DNA of 64,000 nt from Octopus vulgaris (GCA_951406725.2 OX597817.1:61380001-61444000), one strand, 5' to 3'. Counted from the stretch's first letter, positions 1 through 13,985 are shown. Notes: a model not told the origin generated them from the sequence alone. Program-made: numbers and translations.

Positions 1-292
1 TACTACCAGTGTTCCGAAGCCCGTACCCAGGATTGATAGAGAGCGCAATGCGAATGAGGTCAGACATAAACATAAAGAAGTACTCTGGAATAACAACAGT
101 TGGACTAGAAGCAAACAAAGTGAAACCGGTTAGGTAGAAAGTATGTACGAAGAAAGCAAACATATTTTCCCTATGTAAAGGACACACACAAACACACACA
201 CATATAATATATAATATATAATATATAATATATATATATAATATACATTCATATTAATACGTGTGAGCATGTATCTATATATGTATATACAG

Positions 293-344
<52 letters not shown>

Positions 345-511
345 TGTAATCCAGGGGAGTCTAAAAGAGTTATGACCAGCAACTCAGAATAGACTCGAAG
401 ACAAATGTCTGAGAGTGAAGTAACCTTTAATTCCTAGTCGTTGGTCCGAAAAAAATGCTTTAATTTGTATGTGTATGTAGGCGTGTTTATGTGTGTATGT
501 TTGGTCGTACG

Positions 512-554
<43 letters not shown>

Positions 555-813
555 TTTAACTGTACATGTGCGTGTATGTGTGTTTGTGTACATGAGCAGC
601 AAAATCAGGAGTCTATGAGAATAACAGATTCCTCATACGATACAAAAAAATGCCATAATGCAAGTGGCCGCTTATGTCCTGTAGAGCGATATAACAGATA
701 GAGAGGAGATGGAATCCTCATCAAATTGATATAAACAACGAATAGATGTCTGTCATTTGTTTGGTATCTGCTTGTTTGCGGTTCTATCTGCCTATCCATG
801 CGTGTATGTCTAC

Positions 814-870
<57 letters not shown>

Positions 871-1069
871 CGAACACATACATATATACATATATGTATG
901 CATGTGTGTATGTATGTATATACATATATGTGAGTGTGTGCGTACATATATATATATATAGGTAGTTGCTTCTTTATCTCATTATCTTTCAATCTTTATC
1001 TGCATTTGTGTACATGTGAATTCCTCTGCTTTACATACGTTTAGTTGGAAGTGTATGGACGTGTACGTA

Positions 1070-1109
<40 letters not shown>

Positions 1110-1206
1110 CGTGTGTACCAGGGCTTTCAAATCCGCATTTATGCATATGTATGTTCCTATTTCTGTTTTGTGCTGTCGTTTTCCTTACTCATTCTCTGTT
1201 CTCTCT

Positions 1207-1250
<44 letters not shown>

Positions 1251-1345
1251 GTTGTATATTCGAGTTTGTTGATGCACACACTATATGCATGCACACATAG
1301 ACACACTAAAAGCTTCGTGATACCTACTCAGAGGCCCACGCAAAG

Positions 1346-1855
1346 TTTTCGAAAAGTTTTCATTGTTCTTGACACAATGAAGATCTTGTGCAACTGAAAC
1401 CTCAGTGTCTTTTTGGTCGCCTGAAAGCAGTTTTGGTACAAACTTGGCAGACATGCGTCTCATACCCAAATCTTCAGTCATAATGGACTGGTCTGAACCG
1501 TAACTAATCTGCACATTTTGTCGACGAATTCCTCTCACATTTGCACGCATTTCTGCGATGTTTCTCTCAGTTCTGCTGGTTGTGGGTCTCCCAGAACGTT
1601 CGTCAAAATCAACATGTTTTCGGCCATCTTGGAAACGTCTGAACCACTTGTACATCTGGGTGCGGCTCATACTCTCTTCTCCATACACTTTCTGCAATTT
1701 TGCGTATGCCTCTCAGCAGGTATTGCCATGACAACTTTCTCTGTCACGATGAATACGATGATCACACGCTACACACCTTCCTTCCAAGCACAGCTGTAAA
1801 CAGTGGAAGTGAGTTCAAGGTCAATTTTTATCAAGCGGCTTCACTGAGAGTGCAC
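1346..1855 (-). mobile_element. Mariner transposase remnant (N-terminal HTH) plus 5' leader
   Basis: ORF 1281-1697(-) reads KVYGEESMSRTQMYKWFRRFQDGR...DERSGRPTTS...LGMRRMSAKFVPKLL, typical of the mariner N-terminus, and is truncated before the catalytic domain. Bases 1730-1850 resemble 14870-15005. Confidence 0.9.
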
Positions 1856-2779
1856 GAAGGTTCAATGGTTGATAAATGCTAAGACTAATCTCTCTTCAAA
1901 TACAACAAATGAGAAGAAAAGGCAACAAGAATCTTGATAATTTCCGTAATATTAATCTTAAACTAACTTATGGATTACTCACCTTCTCCACCGCTGTTGA
2001 ATTAAAGACAATAAACCTTTTCCGCTCATACCTGTTACAAAGACGTATCGTCCTAGCATCGGTTGCCTATCGAATCTTTGTTCACTCTCGGTGATTGAAT
2101 CTCACGCTTAGATGAAATAAAATTGCCTGGGTTCATGTGTCTATTTTCTCTCTCCCACGTCTAGGGACCAGTCGTTTTCAAAAATGTTAACAGTTTTCAA
2201 TTTGGTTAAGAACTGAATAAGCGACAAGCTCTGAAATGTGCTGCCTGTGAGTAGATTGCGGCCTTAAGAATATTATTCAACTGTTACGGTAGTTGAATGA
2301 TGTATATAAACAATAGCTGAATCGACAGTTTTTCTATAATATAATTTGCGTCCAGTTTGTTTATCTAGTTAAGAGTCTATACAGCTTTATTCAAGGTGTT
2401 GCCACTGTTGTAGTTTGTAGTTAACTAAATGTGTGTTAGCTTAGGTAGTATCATATTTTTTGGAGGACGATATTTTTTCAGAGCAAAAAATGAGAGAGAA
2501 ACTTTTAAAAACCTGGTACGAAATCGGTTATTTCAGAGATGGATGTATATAATTAAGGCTTACTAAGTCTAATATTATTTAGTAAGATGAGATATGCAGA
2601 ATTTACTTGAAAGGCCAAGATAGTTTTTCACAATATGTCGGAATTCCTCCACCAAAAGTGAAATCCGAATCTATAACTCTACAAATCAACTTTACATTTA
2701 CATGTAAACGATATTCTCTTAGATATAGAATTAATTATTTCATATGTAAAGTTTATATACGAAGAATTACTAATTATTT

Positions 2780-3670
2780 GGAGAATAATTAAATCCAGGA
2801 TATAGGCAAAGTGGATATTGCACCAATATTCGCCATGTAAACTCGAGCAGTTTTAATTTTAAGTGAATTAAAAATCTTTTCTTGGGAAATATTTGAATGA
2901 TTTTCTGAAAAGGTATGCGCATTTTAGGGCTAATTCTTATTTACCACTTAATAACTGGTATTTAGATGTATTTAGAGGCATAAATTTCATTTCTAACCTC
3001 CGACTACCTATAATTTACCATTCTATATATAAGTTAGTGTTTCTATCTTTCAGATTACCAAACAAACTCACATTTTCTCTCAATCATTGAAGGAAGTTAG
3101 ATGATTAGATAATCTCACCTTGAAGGTATTCGAGTATGTCCAAATATAAAAGTGCGAAATTCTACCTGACGTGATCTTCACTTCTACTCAATATATTTCC
3201 TCAAGCGCTGTGCGTTTTGAGGACTGATTTTCTTGCCGGAGCTACAAAAATCTTTATCGATACTAGTTCTACATACACCATACACTAACGGGATCAGATT
3301 TAGACACCATCTCCAAATCTTCATCTAAAGATCTTACTAGTTTACATTTAGGCCATACATTTCAATTTACGCGTTATTCTGTCCGAAGCTTGTCATTTGG
3401 TTCACCTAAGTCAACTATCGTATTGGTTGTCTCCCTTCCACCGCTCTCTTCCATTTCCCTTGTATTGTCAACAAGTATTGCGTTCAAAATTCACCTCACC
3501 CCCAGATTTATTATTTATCTGTTCAGTTCGATGTTCCTGGGTGTTATGGTTATTATTTTTATTGTCTGTTTACTACACTCTTTATTGTTATGGAATTCAG
3601 CTATTCTCTTTATAGTATACGCCGCTATAATTTGGGCTAAGTTTCTGCTCGTGTAAAAAGCAAAATGCAA
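2780..3670 (-). mobile_element. Possible highly decayed Penelope-like element ORF fragments
   Basis: Manual minus-strand translation gives KIFNSLKIKTARVYMANIGAI (~2820-2880) and FYTSRNLAQIIAAY (~3620-3665). Both resemble the Penelope RT-to-GIY-YIG linker KIFNRxTxKxSYSxxxNxxxII. Confidence 0.4.
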
Positions 3671-3983
3671 GACTACTTAAACCAACGTAGCGTTTGTTCG
3701 CTTCAAACTAAGATAAAGCTGCTTAGATTCTTGATCAGATTCACAAACTGGACTCAAAAGTAGGCCACAATGCGAAATAACCACGCGGCAGAAGCATGTT
3801 GGACAGATTTGATTAACAATGTAATTAACTGTAATAATAAAAACTATGTCGATGTATTTCTTCTCCCTATTTATTGAATCGATTTCGATAAACACTGGGT
3901 AATTAGTTTACAATCCAATGAAGCGAACCCAGGACTTGGATTATAATAGAATGCATGAACATACCCATCCGGATATATTATCT

Positions 3984-4040
<57 letters not shown>

Positions 4041-4204
4041 TATATATATATATATATATATATTCAAAATTTCTGATCTAAGCGTCTTAATATATTTTCA
4101 GCGGTGTACAATTAACAATGTAATTATTCTTTTTCATTCCAGGTGCCATTATATTAAACATTTGCGAAGACTAACCAAACCACGCACAAAAAATTCAGTA
4201 AGAA

Positions 4205-4573
4205 ATGTCAAATTTTCAAAAAGGTCATATTGTTGGGCAATCTGAGGCTGTTCTTAGCCAGCGAAAAATTGATGAAAATCTTCAAATTCCTCTTGCTACT
4301 GTTAATAGAATTATAGTGCAATTCAAAAGCCAAGGAAAAGAATCAACAGATTTTCGTTCCGGCCGACGTGGGCCCTCGGAAAGGAAGCTTCGCTGTTTGA
4401 AGAGATTTATGGGAAATGAATCCCGTTCGAAGGCTTCTGACGTTGCAAAACAGCTAGAAGTTAATCCAAGAACCTGTGTTACATATCTGCATAAGCTTGG
4501 GTATTATGGACGAACAGCGAGAAGAAAACCTGTCCTTCAACCAATTAATATCATGAAAAGAAAGAAATGTTAA
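4205..4573 (+). mobile_element. Tc1-like transposase remnant (paired HTH region)
   Basis: ORF MSNFQKGHIVG...LSQRKIDENLQIPLATVNRII...RSGRRGPSER...LHKLGYYGRTARRKPVL; it stops before the DDE domain. Confidence 0.9.
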
Positions 4574-4689
4574 TGTGATGGTTGACAAAAGAAGCGAAGC
4601 TTTTGCAACAAGAATAGCTAACTTTTAGAGTCCTTTTATCGGAAATTCTGCATTAACTATGGAAACTTGGAAAACGTTCGTCATATATA

Positions 4690-4782
<93 letters not shown>

Positions 4783-4792
4783 CAGACAGAAG

Positions 4793-4888
<96 letters not shown>
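4690..4888. repeat. (GATA)n microsatellite
   Basis: Direct reading. Confidence 0.98.
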
Positions 4889-6225
4889 CTGTTTCTTTAT
4901 TAGCCACACAGGGCTGAACACAGAGAGGACAAATTACAAAGTAGAGCTTTTCTTTTTGGGGAGGAAAAAAATGGGGGAGGTAGCTTTTCGAACACCAGTC
5001 TGCGCATGTCACTTTACTCGCTGAAGTAGGGGTCCTTACCCCTAACTATAGAAATACAAGGTTAAACTACAACTTCGTTTCATTCTCTTTTCTTTTTTGC
5101 AGTTTACTTTGTAGTTTAACTTCTCGCATTGTTTCGGCCTTACACAACAAATCTCTCTTTATATAATCGTTCCATTATGATTATAACCTTGGAGTTAATT
5201 TTGTGAAGCCTGTCCATGGATTTTGACAAAAATGGTTCGATTCACCAATGATGCACTTGAAAATCCGTAAATATTCGCAGAGGTTGTACGAACATTCACC
5301 CGAAGAATGAACAACTGTTTATATTGCATAATTCCACAGCAACTGTTTCATCGACTCTTTACCTGCGTTCCGATTTCAGTGTTGCTGGAACAATGCTGTT
5401 TCAATGTATTGTTTCGCATATAATAATATTCCAGCAATAAATGTCTGGGAAAGCGTTGATGAAACCATCGTAGAATTATATAATGAAATGAGTTTCTCTA
5501 GAGGTGTTTTCTATATTGAGCATCCCTAGCCACCACACACACACACACACATACAACACACACTCATACACACACACACACACATACACACCATCTTCAC
5601 ACTCTCCTGTCCCAGAAAGCACTTTCTCTTTGTCCTACTTCCGGTCGTAACACGTGGACCACTGGCGAAGTTTTCCTTTTTCCTTTGGACTTTCCTGTTT
5701 TACCGGTTTGTATGTATTTATGCATGCATTTTGTATGTACGTACGTGTGTCTGCATGTTTGTACGATTGCAGTGTGCGTGCATGTTGTCTGGGTGAGTTA
5801 GAAAGATAGGAAAGGAAACAGAGGAGGAAGGTACAAAGAATCAAAAGGAGGGAGTGGCAGAAAGAGACTGAGAAAAAGGCAAGGGGGAGAGAGAGAGCGA
5901 GAGATAAAGCAGGCTGAGGAAGGCACGTATGTTTGGAATCAGATTAATTTACATCTCTTTGTTTATGCATTCATTATTAAGTTTATTTATATATTTATTT
6001 ATATATCTGTTTATTTATTCGAAGCTTAAGTCTTACAGGAATTCTGTCATATGACTTCTAAATTATAAGACAGCGTTGTTTGTTTAGTGTCGAGGAATGG
6101 CGAACCAGCTGATGGCTTTTCCGCTTATGACAGCCAGTTTGTTACAGCGCGTGTCCAACGATAGCCAACTGCTCTTCAAATAGATTTAAGCAGGGATAAC
6201 GAAACAATCATAAATAAACACATTC

Positions 6226-6273
<48 letters not shown>

Positions 6274-6479
6274 GTATTATTATTAGTTGTTGTAAGGAGT
6301 ACATGTACAAGATTTTGAATTTAACTAGCAGCCATTTCCGCTCCAGAGGCACGCACACAAACGAGGGTGTGTGTTTCTTAAATTATCTTTTGCAAATTAC
6401 TATGTACATAATTACGTCTGAGTTCTGGATTTTATTTTCATGTAAACGGGGGAACAGAGAAGAATGAGTGCATATGTGT

Positions 6480-6485
6480 ATATGC

Positions 6486-6532
<47 letters not shown>

Positions 6533-6611
6533 ATATAGATTTACAGACATATATATAATTGCATATTTAACAAGTGTATTCTTATATATACATGTATACA
6601 CACACACACAG

Positions 6612-6650
<39 letters not shown>

Positions 6651-6817
6651 AATATATATATATATATTGAGATATATAGATACATATATATATATATGTA
6701 TGTATACATGTATGTGTGTATACATGTATGTATGCATGTATGTATATATATGTTTGTATGTATGTAGACATATATATTTATGTATGTATGTATATATATA
6801 TATATGTGTGTGTGTGA

Positions 6818-6858
<41 letters not shown>

Positions 6859-6896
6859 TATATATATGTATGTATATGAATGTATGTATGTATGTA

Positions 6897-6952
<56 letters not shown>
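6480..6952. repeat. Compound (TG)n/(TA)n/(TATG)n microsatellite, representative of dozens of such arrays in the window
   Basis: Direct reading; such arrays are the source of the [12 protein letters not shown] pseudo-ORFs. Confidence 0.97.
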
Positions 6953-6954
<2 letters not shown>

Positions 6955-7318
6955 AACGTACTGTTAACAAAAGCCATGATGCGTGGTGTTCCGTTACTCA
7001 AATGAAAATTGCATTAAATACTACAAAACGTACAAAATGCAGGACAGACAGAGAAGGACCGTAATTCTTCATCGGTTATCGACCTGATTATTAATACTCA
7101 GTTTCGTGCCTTTACGTCTACCCTGTATTGTTTTCCTTGCTTGAACCCTAATTTGCCGCAAATTTTGCGGGTGCCGCCGATATACGAAGTTCTCAGTCTT
7201 ATTGTTAAAAGCACGAAACTGAGTGTTAGTACTTTGGTCGATAACTGATGAAGAATTAGGGTCCTTCTGTGTCTGTCCTACATTTTGCACGTCTTGTAGT
7301 ACTTAATGCATTTTTCAT
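6953..7318. mobile_element. Inverted pair of copies of an unclassified, probably Penelope pLTR-like, repeat
   Basis: 7002-7113 is an imperfect reverse complement of 7206-7318. The same family occurs at 19865-20115. The pair is flanked by microsatellites. Confidence 0.7.
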
Positions 7319-7336
7319 ATATATATATGTATGTGT

Positions 7337-7648
7337 GGAGGCGCAATGGCCCAGTGGTTAGGGCAGCGGACTCGCGGTCATACGATAACGGTTTTGATTC
7401 CTAGACTAGGCATTGTTAGTGTTTATTGAGCGAAAACACCTGAAGTTCCACGTGGCTCCGGCAGGGGATGGTGGCAATCCCTGCTGTACTCTTTCGCCAC
7501 AACTTTCTCCCACTCTTTCTTCTGTTGGCCTGCTCGCTTAGCCAGCGGGGTGGCGTCATTTAAAGGCTAAAACAATGCGAAATGAATTGTGACCAGCGAT
7601 GTGTAGCAACATCTGATAGCCTGGTCGGTCACGGTGATCACGGTGATA
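7337..7648 (+). mobile_element. tRNA-derived SINE (family C)
   Basis: A box TGGCCCAGTGG, B-box-like GGTTTTGATTCC and a tandem CACGGTGAT tail. The head is shared with 37214-37621. Confidence 0.9.
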
Positions 7649-7794
7649 TATGTATGTATATCACAAATGTCACTAAATGTGACCCGGGTATCAGGAACCA
7701 CCTACATATCTCTATAGAAATAAGAGCTAAACCGTTCTAATGTTGCAGTTAAAGCACATGAATAAAAACACATACACTAACGGGGAACACTACC

Positions 7795-8022
7795 TGTGAT
7801 TGTGTGTATTTGTGTCTGTGCGTGTTACACCCATCACCGCTTGATAACCGGTGTTCGTATGTTTATGTTCCCCCCGTAACTTAGCAGTTCGGCAAAAGTG
7901 ACTGATAGAATGAGTCTAGGCTTAAAAAAGTACGACCTGGGGTCGATTTGTTCGATTAAAACCCCTTAAAGTGGTGCTCCAGCATGGCTGCAGTCAAATG
8001 ACTGAAACAAGTAAAAGAATAA
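7795..8022 (+). mobile_element. SINE family B, 3' half
   Basis: GGTGCTCCAGCATGGCTGCAGTCAAATGACTGAAACAAGTAAAAG matches the 24721-25116 family. Confidence 0.85.
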
Positions 8023-8789
8023 ACGAATTATATACATACATACATATAATATATATATTCTTTCATTATGTTATTCTTCTATTTGCTTCAGCCATTTTGA
8101 CTGCGGCTATGCTGGAGTGACTGAGTGTGTGTGTATGTGTGCGTGCGTGCATGTGTGCGTGTAAACATTTGGTATAAAAGTAAGAGTTTCTCTCTGGGTT
8201 TGGGTCGTCTATGTTAAAAGGTGTGTAAAGTGTAAATGAGAGTATGTATCCCGGTTCGTGTGTGTGTGTGTGTGTATGTGTCTGTGTGTGTGAGTGTGTG
8301 TGTTTGTGTGTGTGTGTGTGTGTGTGCGTGTGAGTGTGTGTGTTTGTGTGTGTGTGTGTGTGTCTGTGTGTCTGTGAGGGTATATCTTTCTATATGTGCT
8401 TATGTACAGCAGTGTATGAACGAATGTGTCTGTGAATGGGACACATGGGTGTGTCGGTTTATCAATGTATGTGTTTTGGGCTACTTGTGTGCATTGTGAG
8501 TGTGTATGTGTGTGTGTGCATAGTTTGTGTGTGTGCGTGTGTGTATTGTGTGTGTGTATTGTGTGTGTGTGTGTGTATGTGTGTATGTGTGTGTGTGTGT
8601 GTATATGTATGTGTGTGTGTGTATATATGTATGTGTGTGTGTGTGTTGTGTTGTGTAAAGTCTTTTAATTGAAGTTTTCAAGTTCTCTTTCATCCGACGA
8701 TGCTAATCTAGAGGGAGTCTTTCCCACCCGTTTATTTACTTTGCCGGAGCCCCGTGATTGGGTCCTTTGTGTTTCTCAGATGATTTCCT

Positions 8790-9096
8790 ATTATCGCTGT
8801 CATCGTCATCATCATTATCATCATTAACATCATCATCTTCGTCGTCGACGATGCTGTCGTCATCGTAATCATTTTCGCCATCACCATCACCATTATCCAC
8901 ATCATTACCACCACCACCACCACCCATGCCATCATTTATTTTCAGCCTCGTCATCATCATCATCATCATCATCATCATTAATTTACCACTACCGTTACCA
9001 TTTCCAACACAATCATCATATAACTACGCTACACCACCACCACCACCGCCGCCGCCGCCACCGCCACCACCACCACCGCCGCCACCACCGCCGCCG

Positions 9097-9129
<33 letters not shown>

Positions 9130-9296
9130 TTATCGTCATAATCTACACCACCGGTATCATTATTTATTTTCTAACTCATTATCATTGTCCATATCTTCAA
9201 CATCATCGTCGTCACCAGTTTATCGCTCCACCACCACCACCACCATCATCATCACCGTACCCACCATTACCAACAACAACAGCATTGGACAACTCC

Positions 9297-9327
<31 letters not shown>

Positions 9328-9851
9328 AACTATTTCTATCTTTTTCATCGTGATCGTTATCGTTCCAGTCGTTACCCCTATCAACAGCCCCACCACCACC
9401 ACCACCACCACCACCACCACCACCACCACCACCACCACCATCATCACCACCATCTCCGCTGGTAGCAACAGCAATGACAGCATCGCAATTATCATCATCA
9501 CCACCACCACCACCGCCGCCGCCACCGTCAACATCTCTGTGATCATCAACGTAATTACCACTAATATCACCATCATCGCCATCACCATCATCACCATCAC
9601 CATCATCATCATTACCATCTTTATCATAACCATAATCATTATCCTCATTATGAATATCATCACCGTTCCAATATCACCATCATCATTATTACCATAATCG
9701 CTCTATCGCTACCACCACCACCGCCATCCTCCTCATCATCATCATCGTCATCATCATCATCATGTCTACCATAATTATTCGCATTATCATCATCGCCTAT
9801 CTTCAACGTTGTCATCATTCTCAACATTATCGTTGTTGTTGTCGTCGACGA

Positions 9852-9896
<45 letters not shown>

Positions 9897-9912
9897 GGTG
9901 GTGGTGGTGGTT
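8790..9912. repeat. Degenerate trinucleotide low-complexity tract (CAT/CAC/CCG/GTT)
   Basis: Direct reading; it yields poly-I/T/P/H/D pseudo-ORFs. Confidence 0.95.
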
Positions 9913-10173
9913 GAAGGTAAAGAACGGAAGGGTAGTCGCAAGGAAATGCGAAGAAATCCCTTTAATTGCTGATTGTCCCCCACCACACTTTCCCACGCGG
10001 TCATGTGATACCTAACTGTCAAGTTATCGTTAAACTCACGTTAAGAAGTAATCTAAACAAACCCGCGGACGCATGTCACACGTTGACAAGCGTGCGACGC
10101 ACATGTGTGCAACACATATACGCACACATTGCTATATAAATATACACACATATATATATATATATACATACAT

Positions 10174-10208
<35 letters not shown>

Positions 10209-10253
10209 CAACTTCACTTTGTTATACATGTATATGTATATATATACTATATC

Positions 10254-10286
<33 letters not shown>

Positions 10287-10315
10287 TGTGTGTTTATATA
10301 TATATATATATATAT

Positions 10316-10359
<44 letters not shown>

Positions 10360-10371
10360 TTTTTTTTTTTT

Positions 10372-10420
<49 letters not shown>

Positions 10421-12079
10421 TTATGTCTTTACATACGTATATAGACAACACTACCAAACCCATGCGCACACATCCAGGTGGAGACACGAACACACAGAAC
10501 GACACGTGCATACACAGAACGACACGTGCAGATAGAAGTGAAACTCACACATTGCTAACACACACACACATACACGAGAACGCACACACACAGCCACACA
10601 CACTCACACTCACACGTGCGTCTGTCTGTTTACCCAACTATTAAATAAATACAGATGCTCTAGCATGGCCTCAGACTTAATGGCTAAAGCGAACTTCTGA
10701 AATAAACGCACACTTATTCATATAAACGCGCGCGTGCACACACACACACACACATGTATATATGTATGTATATATAGAGAGAGAGAGAGACATATGTATA
10801 CATTTTTATATGCATGTATGTATATATGTATGTATGCATGCGTGTATGTAAAGAGCTGGGTGGGGTACATTTTGATTATAAACGAGAGGAAAAGAACTCA
10901 ATACCTGAACTAGAGCATATCTTTTATTTTATTTTATCAGCAGAGAACGCTACAAACGTCACTCACGGATCTTCATGTAAAACGAATTTATGAAATCTCG
11001 GTAATTACTTTATGTGGCACGACACTATATATATATGTATATATATATATATATATATTACTTGATGATGGAAAGACCGCTATGATACGAGTTCTAGGAG
11101 TGAAGATGCGTACCCGAGTTTTATCGCGTCTCAAATTGTTAGTGAACGTCGTATGCACTGCCAAAATCTTTCTGCACGTTTCTTTAAAGCTTTAAACATA
11201 TGTGCGTGTGTATGTGTGAGGGTGGGAGAGGAGGGAAAGTGTGTGTCTCTCTGTCTCAGTGTGTGGATGTTGAGTGAGTTGATAGGTTGTTGGTGTATGT
11301 ATGTATGTATGTATGTATGTATGTATGTATGTATGTATGTATGTATGTATGTATGTATGTATGTATGTATGTGAGTATGCTTATCCGTGTGTGTATATAT
11401 AGAGTTTTGTATGAGTGTAGTAAATCGATACACCAGTACCTAATAAGCCACACCGTAATTCGTTAAATAAAAGTATTCATCCACAAATAATTATCTATAA
11501 GTAATTAGAAATAGGTTGAAGTCTTGATAAACCTCTTTTCATATTGAAGAAAATGGGCATGTATATATCTTACGGTAAATCTTCCGGAACATCAGGTTGG
11601 TTCCTCCATTTTTCGCTTCTTCAGCCAGTGTTGACTGAGAGTCGGAGGAAAGGAGGGTGAGAGATTTCTGTGAACCATGATATCCAGAACACTAGGTTGG
11701 CCCAACAATTTACGATTCCTTCTCCTATTCTTGCAATATGCAACCCCATTCTCCTACCACTACGACTTGTTTACAATTCTGCCATATGCGACACTTTCTT
11801 CAATATAATATTGCAGGAAATTTTGAATAACTGTTGATGGAAGATACACTTGAATGATTGTTTTGCCGCTAGGTCAGTTACCCATCAATTCTGAAGGTCA
11901 GTTGCTTTGGAAATTGGCAATTTTTATGATCGCTTGTTGAAACTACAAGAGGGAGTGACAAAAATGGCGTCCAGCATCAGTAAATGAGCAGAACTATGTC
12001 AGCGATCATGTAACACAACGGAATATTTTGTCACTTTATATAATATTAAACAATTTAATAAGGTTCTACGATTTAGGCA

Positions 12080-12305
12080 TAAAGCCAGCATATTCGATGA
12101 TAAGGTGTTAGTCGATACATCGACCCCGCCGCTTGACTCGTACTTTGTTTTATCAATGCAGGAGAATGAAAGGTGAAGTTGTCCCTGAAAGTTTAAAAGA
12201 CGAAGTTGACTCTGGCAGGATTTGACATCAGAACGTAAAGTGTCGAAGCGGATGCTATAGGAAATTTTCACCGATTCCCTAATGACTCTGCCAGGTCGCC
12301 GCCTT
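12080..12305 (-). mobile_element. Diverged SINE family A copy
   Basis: TACATCGACCCC...GAATGAAAGG...GATTTGACATCAGAACGTAA...TCTGCCAGGTCGCCGCC matches the reverse complement of 18087-18250. Confidence 0.75.
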
Positions 12306-12564
12306 TATAAATTAAAAAATATTATCTGTAAAAATAAAACTACTAAATATAACCGAATATGCGTATATTTTAAATGCTAAGTGTAACTTTTTCCGATGCA
12401 GTTGAAACAGATTTTTTTCTTTTATTCTTCTAAATACGTTTTACGTAATTTCATGTTATATTTGAGGAAAAAATGCGTTTTGTGATTCTACATTTCATTT
12501 CGATCACATCTTGTTTTCCATTCTTCCTCTTAAATCTACCATATTAAAAAACCACGATATATAG

Positions 12565-13504
12565 TGATACGAGTAGGTCAATCCGTAAAAACTGCTTTGA
12601 CCTACTTTGCTGGCTTGTAGTCTGAAAGTCTACAATCTAAAGTTATTGTCCTTTTCACGAGAGAGTAATGAGCTTTGAGGGGACCTTTGGCCTTGTGCCG
12701 GTCAAGGAAAGTTCGAAGAAGCTACCCTATAAAAAGGCAGGAACTGTGAGTCTGTTAATCAGTCGGTCGGAGAAATTGAGGTGGTAACAAGGCAGATGGG
12801 ATTACGGCTTGAGGCGGCGACGGCGTAAGGGAATACAGACAGATGGTATTACAGAACTAGGAGAGAGAGTGACAGTGACAGCGTTGAGAACGACAGGCAG
12901 ACAGTGAGAGGATGAGAGGTTAATAAAGACATACACAGAGGACTGAGAGCGAAGGAGGGATTACGGCGGATAGAAGGCACGGCTATTATAGTAGGAATTG
13001 AAACGGTATGTGTTGTTGAGTTGTGTTGAAATGTAAAAGAATTGATATGTGAATTAAGTAAAAGACTTGTCGAAAAGAAAGAACAATACTAAAGAGACTT
13101 TAAAAGAAGGAGAAAGACTTTGAACTGTATCGTGAACATTAATGTGATTTGAACATTGTATATTGTATCGTTAATGTGTACGTTATTTGAACTGTTTAAA
13201 TGCTTTGATTTGTTGTATGCCTGATGTATCGTTGTTTTGATTTGATCTGAACTTATTTGTCTATGAACGTTGTTAAATGTAGCCAATTGCCTTCCGCCGT
13301 CTCTCTTTGTGTCTCTTCCTACTGTTGTTGTTGTTTGGTATCTCCGGTCGCCGGTTTCGCTGCTGCCATTCTTCCCCGCCGAGTTCTCGCTCTCTTTCCG
13401 TGGCGAACTTTCACCGATCGATCGAGCCGGTCAATCGTCGTCGCTCGACTTGGTAGGGTCCCGGGTTTTTCCCGAAGAGTTTGAGCGACGGCAGGTTCGT
13501 AACA
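12565..13504 (+). mobile_element. Probable solo LTR (~940 bp)
   Basis: Termini TGATACGA...TCGTAACA (TG..CA, 7/8 inverted), near-TSD ATAG/ATAT, TATAAAAAG at 12728 and AATAAA at 12922. It is non-coding and more GC-rich than its flanks. Confidence 0.7.
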
Positions 13505-13821
13505 ATATCTTTCTTCTTCTTTATCGTTTGGCGAAAGATCAACAGACGTGGTTTATGTCCACAAGACAGACGAAAATGCAAAGAAAAATTAAAACTAAAC
13601 AACACATAACAAATAAAGTGAAGCCGTATAAAATTGAACTATCAAAGCATTCTGTCAACAATTGGTAATATCTTTATATGTTCCACGTTACCTTCGGTTA
13701 TGTTTATTCTGTGATATTCTGTACTGAGTGAGGAATTTTCATTGCTCTTTGACAGGGACCGAGTTTGTATTTTTCGGTATATGAGTACATCGCTTTATTA
13801 AATCATAAATGTGTGTGCGTG

Positions 13822-13928
13822 CGAGGTTATAGTAGAAGACACTTTGCCCAAGATGCCATGCAGTGGGACTGAACCCGGAACCATGCGGTAGATAAACAAG
13901 CTACTTACCACACAGCCACTCTTACGCC

Positions 13929-13929
<1 letters not shown>
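13822..13929 (-). mobile_element. SINE family B, 5' part
   Basis: GCCCAAGATGCCATGCAGTGGGACTGAACCCGGAACC...CAGCCACTCTTACGCCT. Confidence 0.85.

Positions 13930-13985
<56 letters not shown>

Noticed and set aside
5170-5420. Possible Merlin/ISXO2 transposase trace
   Set aside because: Only vague VN..F..P.TG-like peptides appear, readable on either strand, which is not supportable.
7212-7260. GAAAC...GTC...CTGATGA as a permuted (type II) hammerhead
   Set aside because: Only 5 nt (GATAA) separate GTC from CTGATGA and they cannot form stem I. The flanks do not form stem II.
11510-11870. Possible GIY-YIG remnant on minus strand (QYYIEES; EKRFIK)
   Set aside because: The motifs are too short and degraded to call without a profile search.
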